A DNA stretch of 7,282 nt from Octopus sinensis (lineage: Eukaryota): positions 1 through 7,282 of the forward strand of contig NW_021827640.1 in NCBI RefSeq assembly GCF_006345805.1, written 5' to 3'. The position numbers and the translations under genes are program-made. The notes under the pieces are model-generated. The model did not search any database. It saw nothing but the letters and a program-made list of their open reading frames with translations, and was not told the origin of the DNA. This document shows positions 1-7,282 of this stretch, piece by piece; within the stretch, counting starts at the first letter, position 1, and every line of letters begins with the position of its first letter.

Positions 1-19
1 GCAAAAGATATACTTGTCA

Positions 20-560
20 CGTTTACATACCACACACGCAAACACACACACACTCACATGTTCACACACGTGCATATATATACATGAGCACATAAACGCA
101 CACCCCCTTATGCACCCAGGGACGCATACACGCATTTCGCGCTTCCAAAGCGTTATATTTACACAAACCGTCTTCACTTAGGAATGTTTATGGTCACATA
201 AACACACACATGCGTGTGCGTGTGTGTGTGTGTGTGTGTATGCGTCTGTGTGATTTTCACGGCATAAAGATGAGTGCACATATCTACAAATAAAACATAC
301 ATATATACATATTGATATAGATAAACAAACACACACGCATACACACACACGTATGTATATACATATATATTTATATGTGCGTGTGTGTGTGTGTGTACAT
401 ATTTACATATATTTGTAAATATACATACATGCATACATATATATTATGTTATATATGTGCGTGTGTGTGAGTGCGCGTATATGTATATTATATATATATG
501 TGTGTATATATATATATATTATATATATATATAATACACACACACACACACACACACCTA

Positions 561-591
<31 letters not shown>

Positions 592-655
592 GTATGTGTG
601 TGCGTGTATACACGGGCGCACACTCATCTATTCGCCCCTTGTGTGTGTGTGCGTT

Positions 656-706
<51 letters not shown>

Positions 707-722
707 GTGTGTGTGTGTGTGT
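20..722. repeat. Compound dinucleotide microsatellite field (CA)n/(TA)n/(TG)n
   Basis: Alternating purine-pyrimidine runs throughout, e.g. (CA)n 537-556, (TA)n 562-590 and near-pure (GT)n 659-722. This explains the HT/CV/YI-repeat ORFs. Confidence 0.95.
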
Positions 723-802
723 GAGTATATTAAAGGGGACATTAAAAGAGCGGAAGGCTAATAAACAGACAGGCAAGTAGCCAGATAGAAAGTAATTCAG
801 TG

Positions 803-803
<1 letters not shown>

Positions 804-876
<73 letters not shown>

Positions 877-918
877 TTAGATAGATAGATAGATAGATAG
901 ATAGTGAGACAGAGAGAG

Positions 919-1003
<85 letters not shown>
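804..1003 (+). repeat. (GATA)n tetranucleotide microsatellite
   Basis: About 200 bp of GATA units, interrupted by gtta (~876) and gtgagacagagagagag (~904-920). Degenerate GATA units continue at ~1107-1170. Confidence 0.97.
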
Positions 1004-1609
1004 CGCGAGCACACAAACACATACACACTCACAATGCATTGATGCACATATAAGAATGACGCAGTGCTGGGATGCAAGACTCGAGACTGCATGATATACA
1101 CAAACAGATAGATTCATAAAGTAGATATATAGATAGATATATAGATAGGTAGATAGGTAGATAGATTGATACAGCAAGAGAGACGAATAGGAAGGCAAGG
1201 ATATAATGAGCGTGGAAAAACAAACAAGCCGACATAGAAATAAACACTCGTACTCACACATAAACACATATAAACACACACGTGTGTGTCTGTATGTGTT
1301 CAAGCACACACGTACATGCAGGGGTAATACACGTACATACGCATACACCCATAGACATAGATAGCGGGGACCATTCATACACTGTTTTAATTCTGAAACG
1401 CGAGCTTCTCAATAGCTATTCGGCTAATGTAGCATCGGGGTCATCTAAGGTCGGAGAATTGTGGTCTTCAAAAGGAGAGTTATGAGCGGCAAAGGATCGC
1501 CTTCATTATTCCTATAAAAATATGACGATCATTACAGGATGGTGGTTGTAACAGGGTGGTGTTGCGGTGGGTGTCGGGGCGTTTATGTGTGTGTGTGGAT
1601 GGGGGGGGG

Positions 1610-2255
1610 TGTTTGAGAGAATGTGGAGAGAATAAACAGTATGGTTTAGTGGACCGCTAGAGATGAATAAGAGAGAGAGAGTTACAATAGGAAGGTGAGA
1701 GAAATCCTGGAAGGTGTATGTGGAGGAACGGGGAACGAGAGATTGGAGGAAGAGAGAGAGAGAGAGGGAGAGGGGCAGGAAAGAGAAAGAGTGGGAAAGA
1801 GAGAGAGGGGTGGAGGAAGGAGAGATAGAGGTGAGATAAATAGGAAGCGAGTGAGGAAGAGAAAGAGAGAGGAAAGGAGAGATTAATAGGAGAGCGAGAG
1901 AGAGAGAAAAGAAGCAGTGAGGTTGTATGTTAAGAGAGGGTAGGTTTTAGAAAGAGAGGAAAACAAAAAGAAAGAAAAAATGAGAGAGAAAGAAGGAAAG
2001 AAGGAAAGAAAGAAAGAAGGGAAGAAAGAAGTATGTGGAGAGTAAGGTTGGTGGTGAGTTATTGAAGAGATGGAGAGGCAGAAAAACAAAAAAAAAGGCG
2101 AAACAGAGAAACAATAAAAACACAAGGAAAACAAACCAACAAACAAAGAAAAACGGGAGGATGAAAAGAAAAGAACCGAGGTTGGGTGGGGGATGGTGGA
2201 GGGGGAGGGGGCCGTTATTGTGTGTGTTCAAATGAAGGAAGAAAGGAAGGATAGA
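1610..2255 (+). repeat. Purine-rich (GA/GAAA/GGAA) low-complexity tract
   Basis: Strong + strand A/G bias with (GA)n and (GAAA/GGAA)n runs. Confidence 0.85.
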
Positions 2256-2402
2256 ACAAGCACTGTCAAGTTAGATTGAACAAACAAATATTTCCAGACC
2301 CCATAATCATACGGCCTTTCTCTTTTTTTTCTTTTTACTCGTTTTATTTTACTACAACACCACCCCACCACCACCACCACCACCACTCCTATCCCCCAAC
2401 CA

Positions 2403-2443
2403 CACTTTGTGTATGACGACGATGACGACGACGACGACGATGA

Positions 2444-2477
<34 letters not shown>

Positions 2478-2525
2478 GGTGGTGGGGTGGTAATGTTGGT
2501 GATGATGATAATGATGATGATGATT

Positions 2526-2567
<42 letters not shown>

Positions 2568-2760
2568 TTGATGATGATACCACAACCCCCGCTGCCGTCC
2601 CCCCCCCACTTTGTGTATGACGACGACGACGATGATGATGACGATGATGATGATGGTGGTGAAGGTGGTGGGTGGGTGGTAATGTTGGTGATGATCATAA
2701 CGATGATGATGATGATTATGATGATGTTGATGAGGATGATATTGACGATGACGATGATAT
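2403..2760 (+). repeat. Two-copy tandem duplication of a ~204-bp compound trinucleotide unit
   Basis: The non-repetitive anchors CACTTTGTGTATGACGAC (2403 and 2607), GGGTGGTAATGTTGGTGATGAT and GATTATGATGATG recur in the same order. Internal GAC/GAT/GGT run lengths differ between the copies. Confidence 0.9.
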
Positions 2761-3177
2761 GATGACGATGGGGATGATAATGAAGATGACGACGACGGTG
2801 ATACTGAAGATGGTGTTGTTGTTTGTTATTGTTGGTAATGGCGGTGGTGGTGGTGGTGGCGGCGGTGGTGGTGGTGTTGGTGGTGGTGGTGGTGATGGTA
2901 CAGGAATTATTTACAGGAGTGAAAGCAGCTTACAACAACAACAACAACAACACGTAACAGCAATACAAAGCATCACACACAACAGCAGCAACGTCACCAT
3001 TATACAATAGTTGGCAGCGGCAGCAGCAGCAGCAGTGGAGGTTGGGTAACAACAACAACGACAACAAATTTTACTAGGCATCAATAACATCAACTATAAC
3101 AACAATAATAGTAATGCCGATGATGACAGCAACAGCGCGACAATGGTGATGATGATGATGTAGCAGTAGTAGTAGTT

Positions 3178-3223
<46 letters not shown>

Positions 3224-3605
3224 CAGCAGCAGCAGCAGCAGTAGTAGTAATAGTAGTAGATGATGACGAAGAAGTTGATGACGACGATGATGCGATGACG
3301 GAGATGATGAGGATGATGAGGATGATGATGGTGATGATGGTGATGATGGTGATGATGATGGTGATGATGATGATGGTGGTGGTGATGATGGTGGTGGTGA
3401 TGGTGATGATGATGATAATGATGATGATGATGGTGATGATGATGATGGTGGTGGTGATGGTGATGATGATGGTGATGATGATGATGATGATGTGATGGTG
3501 ATGATGGTGATGATGATGGTGATGATGATGATGGTGGTGGTGATGGTGATGATGATGGTGATGATGTGATGATGATGATGATGATGATGATGAAGAAAAC
3601 GACGA

Positions 3606-3683
<78 letters not shown>

Positions 3684-3705
3684 TGATGATGATGATGATG
3701 ATGAA
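2761..3705 (+). repeat. Compound trinucleotide microsatellite field (GGT, CAA, GCA, GTA, GAT/GGT, GAC)
   Basis: (GGT)n ~2840-2895, (CAA)n ~2932-2950, (GTA)n ~3165-3222, (GCA)n ~3223-3240, mixed GAT/GGT 3260-3592, pure (GAC)25 at 3607-3681, then GAT to ~3703. Confidence 0.95.
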
Positions 3706-3894
3706 GAAGAAAAGTTACAACAACAAAACCTCTAACTCGCAAACGATGGAAAAAGAAGACAACATCCATTCAGAAATCATGCAAAAAGAAAAAAAAAATT
3801 AAACAAATAAACAATAAGTAAAATAAATATATAAATATATAAAAACAATCCACCCACTCCTTCCTCCTTCCTTTCATCACACACTCATCCTTTC

Positions 3895-3919
3895 ACTCAC
3901 CAACTTCGCCGCCATTTTT
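3895..3919 (-). promoter_or_regulatory. YY1/TISU-like AAAATGGCGGCG motif followed by a consensus 5' splice donor; candidate first-exon end (MAAKL|GTGAGT)
   Basis: The minus strand reads aaaaATG GCG GCG AAG TTG|GTGAGT, with ATG at 3915-3913 and the donor at 3900-3895. The + strand CCGCCATTTT fits the YY1 consensus CCGCCATNTT. It sits next to a CpG-containing unique island (~4020-4355). Confidence 0.4.
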
Positions 3920-3981
3920 CTTTTCTCTTTTTTTGTTGTTGTTGTTTGTTTATTTTCCTTTTTGTTTTACTTTTCACTTTG

Positions 3982-4018
3982 CTTCTTCTTCTTCTTCTTC
4001 TTCTTCTTCTTCTTCTTC
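3982..4018 (+). repeat. (CTT)n microsatellite
   Basis: About 12 perfect CTT units. Confidence 0.95.
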
Positions 4019-4360
4019 TCTCCCCCCCCCAGTTCTCATCCGCCCGTCCGCCTCCCCCGGCCGTATCCTACCTCTCCGCAACCATACACCAACTGAACAT
4101 CCACACCTAAATTTAGCCAGTAATGTCCGCGCTTCGATGAAAAGCTGAAAGCTATTGGTGGGAAAAGCGCGCATTAATTTCGCTTCACCTTGCCAGCGTG
4201 TTAATGTTTTTGTGTTGTGCGTTCCATCGTTCACGAATAATAATGCAGGAAGACTCCACAAGGCCTACACCAATCAGAGAAGCTGGGAATCTGAATTTAT
4301 AGATATGAATAACGCTTCTACAAATATAAAAATCAACCAAGCGGATGCGGTGATGATCAA

Positions 4361-4875
4361 CTTCTCTTTCTTTCTTTTTCTTTCCTTCTTTCTTGTTTTC
4401 TTTCTTTCTTTTGTCTTTTATCTTTTCTTTTCCTTTCTTTCTTTCTTTCTTTTTTTCTTTTTCTTTTTTTTTTTTTTTTGTTCATCTTTTGCGACAAAAG
4501 AATTCGATGTAGATTCAAAATATTCTTTGGTGATTTGTGAAGTGGATGAAAAGAGAAATGATGAAAACAAAAGACTTTGGGTTGGCAAAAATGACGGCGT
4601 AGTAAAAAAAAAAAATTAAAAAATAAAAAAAAAAGAGAAAGGAAAAGGAAGAAAAGAAAAATAATAACAATAAATGATAATATAAAAATAAAAACTGAAA
4701 AATATAAAAACAAAAACAAAAACAAGCAAAACCAGAAAACAAATCCAAGGAAAAAGAAACAAAAAAACACAAACAACAAAAATAAAACGTCATACCAACG
4801 AGTTATCGAACAAACATATAAACAAAGAAAGAAAGAAAGGAAGAAAGGAAGGAAGAAAGGAACTGAAGAAAATTC
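4361..4875. repeat. T-rich polypyrimidine tract (4361-4480) and A-rich tract (4604-4875) flanking a short unique island
   Basis: Composition read directly: (CTTT)n/T-runs on the left, A-runs/(CAAAA)/(GAAA) on the right. Confidence 0.85.
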
Positions 4876-4980
4876 ATTTTTACTTCAAAGCATCCTTTAT
4901 TGTGTGGTATTTGTAGTAGTGACTGTTTTGCGGGGCTGAAAACAGAACACTGAAAAGGCTTTCGTTTTGAGACCGCATGA

Positions 4981-5021
4981 AAAATAAATAAATAAATAAA
5001 TAAATAATGATAATAATAATA

Positions 5022-5096
<75 letters not shown>
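4981..5096 (+). repeat. Compound (TAAA)n-(TAA)n-(TGA)n microsatellite
   Basis: TAAA units ~4985-5005, TAA ~5011-5066, TGA ~5067-5096. Confidence 0.95.
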
Positions 5097-5370
5097 CAAC
5101 AGTCACACAGGAGCAATAATAGTGATATCTTTTACAATACATTTCAAATGTTAGACGTCCTGATTCCAAAACAAACACTGCGTATAGGTCGAATTTAGCT
5201 GCGATTTTTCTCCCTCCCCACCGCCCTCCTTCTGTTTGTATGTCTCTTTGTGCTTTTCTATCTGTCGGCCGGCTTCTCTCCTCTCTTCTCTCTCTCTCTC
5301 TCTTCATAATCTCTTCTCAACTCATGCCGTAATTCAACATATACCTACACACAGGCGTATGTCACGCTAA

Positions 5371-5774
5371 GGCATCGTCGAAAATGATAATGCAAAGATC
5401 CTATGGGATTTTATGATTCAGTGCGACCATGAGATAGAGAATAGGAAGCCAGACATAGTCTTAATTGAGAAAGAAAACAAACTATGCTGGATCATAGACA
5501 TAGCATGCCCAGATGACAACAAGGTATGCGATAAGGATGAAAGAAAAGTCGAAATATATGACAGGTTAGCTTGGGAAGTTAACCAGTTGTGGTCGATGAA
5601 AAAGGTAGCAGTATACCAATAACTGTCGAGCCCTAAAGGAAGGAGGAACTGGGACAGTGAGCAAAAATCTCGAGAAGTACGTGGAAAAGTAGGGGCTGCA
5701 ATAAGGGTGGAGCACTTGCAGAAAACAGTACGATTGGAACCGCTCGAATACTCCGGAAGCTGTTTGAAAAATAA
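5371..5774 (+). pseudogene. Frameshifted C-terminal restriction-like endonuclease domain of the retrotransposon ORF
   Basis: In frame from 5371: GIVENDNAKILWDFMIQCDHEIENRKPDIVLIEKENKLCWIIDIACPDDNKVCDKDERKVEIYDRLAWEVNQLWSMKKVAV, with the LWDF..RKPD..IIDIA.P.D..K motifs. Across about 4 frameshifts and an apparent 15-nt insertion it continues PITV-(G)AL..GTVSKNLEKYVEK-VGAAIRVEHLQKTVR-GTARILRKLFEK*, with the stop at 5772-5774. Confidence 0.88.
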
Positions 5775-5851
5775 GAGGTGTTACCTTAGTTCACTGGTAG
5801 TGAACAGCTGACACCGTAATACATCTCCAGCGTTAGAAGTTGTGCAAAAGC

Positions 5852-5920
<69 letters not shown>

Positions 5921-5932
5921 TAATAATAATAA
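5371..5932 (+). mobile_element. 5'-truncated non-LTR retrotransposon 3' end, R4/Dong-like (restriction-like endonuclease type)
   Basis: Decayed RLE coding region 5371-5774, short 3'UTR 5775-5851 containing a hairpin, and a (TAA)n tail 5852-5932. The C-terminal PD-(D/E)xK endonuclease plus TAA tail is the known architecture of Dong/R4-clade elements. Confidence 0.88.
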
Positions 5933-5934
5933 AA

Positions 5935-6229
5935 CCTAGGATAGAATTCATAAGCATTTAATGTATCGCTATGCGCGTTTCCACAAATCACATGTCTCTT
6001 AAGATCACAGTTCATATTTCTGGATTGATTACAGTGTAGTCCTTTTAGTGTCTGTGGGCATCCGGTTGATCATCATCATTGATTCATTTCTACTGGCGAT
6101 CCGGATGTCCACGCATACTACGGACTACACTATAACCATCTCAGGAATACGGACAGTTATTTTAAGAGTAATTTGATTTCTGGAAACGCGGGTAGCGATG
6201 CATTAAACGTTTATAAATTCAATCCAACG
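5935..6229. mobile_element. ~300-bp imperfect palindrome, MITE/fold-back-like non-autonomous element
   Basis: Arm 5939-6065 aligns to the reverse complement of 6101-6225. By hand count there are ~24 mismatches and ~4 gap positions in ~128 columns (roughly 78%), with a 35-nt spacer. The inverted repeat is directly visible; transposon status is inferred. Confidence 0.6.
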
Positions 6230-6236
6230 ATTATTA

Positions 6237-6294
<58 letters not shown>
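6230..6294 (+). repeat. (TTA)n microsatellite
   Basis: About 21 units with one substitution; it is the reverse complement of the (TAA)n run at 5852-5932. Confidence 0.95.
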
Positions 6295-6544
6295 TCATAT
6301 TCTTTTAATCATTCTTTTAATTCATATTCTTTTATTTCTTTCACTTGTTTCAGTCATTTGACTGACCAGCTGGAGCACTACCTTTAGTCGAACAAATCGA
6401 ACCCCAGGACTTATTCTTTGTAGGCCTAGTACTTATTCTGCCGTTCTCTTTTGCCGAAGCGCTAAGTTATGGGGACATAAACATAGTAGTATCGGTTTTC
6501 AAATGATGGTGGGGGGCACAGACTCACAAACAAACTCATATATG

Positions 6545-6603
6545 CATACACACCACACACACAACACAACACAAACACACACACACACACACACACAACA
6601 CAC

Positions 6604-6661
<58 letters not shown>

Positions 6662-6731
6662 GTATATATATATAATATATATATATACATATATTATACA
6701 TATAATATACATACATATATATACACACACA
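6545..6731 (+). repeat. (CA)n then (TA)n microsatellite internal to the SINE
   Basis: CA units ~6547-6604 and TA units ~6606-6722. A second (TA)n block lies at 6944-6990. Confidence 0.95.
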
Positions 6732-6940
6732 CCTTCGTTGTTGGACCGCTGAACTTCACACAGTTTTTCTCTCCGTTTTTTTTTTATCATTCTCCCTCCA
6801 TTTTCTTTCTCCTTTTTTCTTCTCTGCTGAAGAGCGTAGACTCGAAACGTAAAAGATTTTCCTTTTTCCCAAGCGTTAAACTAATACACCTGCTTGCTGT
6901 TCACACACCTGTCTTCGTCTTTTGTTTTTCTGTAATTTTG

Positions 6941-6943
<3 letters not shown>
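6732..6943 (+). mobile_element. ~210-bp insert in the TA/CA tract with a minimal hammerhead-like motif; probable Penelope-like element terminal-repeat (pLTR) fragment
   Basis: A pyrimidine-rich block bounded by dinucleotide repeats on both sides splits the SINE. It contains CTGCTGAAGAGCGTAGACTCGAAACGTA (6824-6851). Confidence 0.55.
6818..6856 (+). ncRNA. Putative degenerate minimal type I hammerhead ribozyme
   Basis: Core CUGAAGA (6827-6833), or CUGcUGA-A (6824-6831) with stem II GAG/CUC. This is followed by GAAA (6844-6847), a palindromic ACGU stem III and the cleavage triplet GUA (6849-6851). Stem I is weak (UCUU 6818-6821 with AAGA 6853-6856). Confidence 0.5.
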
Positions 6944-6978
<35 letters not shown>

Positions 6979-7086
6979 TATATACATATACGACGGGCTT
7001 CTTTCCGTTTCCTTCCATCAAATCCAGTCACAAGGCTTTGGTCAGCCCTGGACTACAGAAGACACTTGACCAAGGTACCGCATAGA

Positions 7087-7137
7087 GGAACTAAACCCGG
7101 AACCAGGTTGGTAAGCAAGCTTCTTACCACGAAGCCA
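7087..7137 (-). promoter_or_regulatory. Degenerate internal RNA polymerase III promoter (box A, box B) of the SINE
   Basis: TGGCTTCGTGG versus consensus TRGCNNARYGG, and GGTTTAGTTCC versus GGTTCRANNCC. The invariant box B C is mutated to T. The boxes are 29 nt apart. Confidence 0.75.
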
Positions 7138-7282
7138 CGCCGGCATGTATGTATGTGTATGTGTGTGTTTGTGTTGGACGTAAATTACATAGCCGGCCAT
7201 AGAATGACCAATAGCTTTGCATCCATAAAGCAATTATCCTCATAGACGACTCGTCACACTCCCACGACCGCAGACATTCAGA

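Larger units (their letters stand above)
6295..7148 (-). mobile_element. tRNA-derived SINE with CORE-like motif and internal TA/CA microsatellite (octopus OR/OK-like), interrupted by an insertion
   Basis: Minus-strand head ~7148-6991 has box A TGGCTTCGTGG (7137-7127), box B-like GGTTTAGTTCC (7097-7087) and CCTTGGTCAAGTGTCTT (7075-7059), which resembles the MIR CORE CCTTGGGCAAGTCACTT. The 3' half ~6540-6295 ends GTCAAATGACTGAAACAAGT plus an A-rich (TAAAAGAAT) tail. Joining the two halves into one element rests on recall of an abundant octopus SINE. Confidence 0.8.

Noticed and set aside
174-1378. Multiple ORFs with HT, CV, YI and IYLS repeats
   Set aside because: They are translations of di- and tetranucleotide microsatellites that lack stop codons; no domain signal.
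2761-3160. Protein-like poly-G/poly-Q/poly-A/N-rich reading on the + strand
   Set aside because: In-frame TAG (3008-3010) and TAA interrupt it, with no convincing splice sites. A low-complexity exon cannot be supported from sequence alone.
2228-3802. Homopolymer-rich ORFs (poly-D/G/M/H/S/R/L/T), including the 231-aa ORF at 3074-3769
   Set aside because: Trinucleotide arrays are open in several frames on both strands, and the unique segments between them carry stops.
4485-4501. Small hairpin TCTTTTG-CGA-CAAAAGA
   Set aside because: A 7-bp AT-rich stem is expected by chance in T/A-rich sequence.
4155-4619. 154-aa ORF
   Set aside because: Non-ATG start, middle third is a T-rich tract (poly-F), and there is no recognisable domain.
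4923-4945. Hairpin CTGTTTT...AAAACAG
   Set aside because: Short and weak, with no supporting context.
5833-6361. Two similar short ORFs (..ICGNAHSDTLNAYEF.. and ..ISGNAGSDALNVYKF..) resembling paralogous peptides
   Set aside because: The similarity is simply the two arms of the DNA palindrome read on opposite strands, plus TTA-derived poly-L.
7075-7148. Possible tRNA gene
   Set aside because: Box A and box B are present but there is no proper cloverleaf, and it runs into a CORE-like SINE body.
1-7282. CRISPR array or prokaryotic operon/defence system
   Set aside because: No constant repeat with unique spacers and no gene-dense coding. The PD-(D/E)xK nuclease is a retrotransposon endonuclease remnant, not a restriction system.

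Overview
Eukaryotic, extremely microsatellite-rich, essentially non-coding DNA. Repeat content and the SINE type suggest a cephalopod, probably Octopus (from memory, not searched). Almost every ORF in the track is a simple-repeat translation artefact. The left 5.3 kb is di-, tri- and tetranucleotide arrays and purine/pyrimidine tracts with small unique islands. One island carries a minus-strand YY1/TISU-like AAAATGGCGGCG motif followed 15 nt after the ATG by a consensus GTGAGT splice donor, a possible first exon. The right 2 kb is a nest of mobile elements: (1) a 5'-truncated, frameshifted R4/Dong-like non-LTR retrotransposon 3' end with a PD-(D/E)xK endonuclease, a 3'UTR hairpin and a (TAA)n tail; (2) a ~300-bp imperfect palindrome flanked by oppositely oriented (TAA)n/(TTA)n; (3) a minus-strand tRNA-derived SINE with a CORE-like motif; (4) inside that SINE's TA tract, a ~210-bp insert with a minimal hammerhead-ribozyme-like motif of the Penelope type. 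No intact gene or clearly novel system is demonstrable. The palindrome and the hammerhead-like insert are the best leads.
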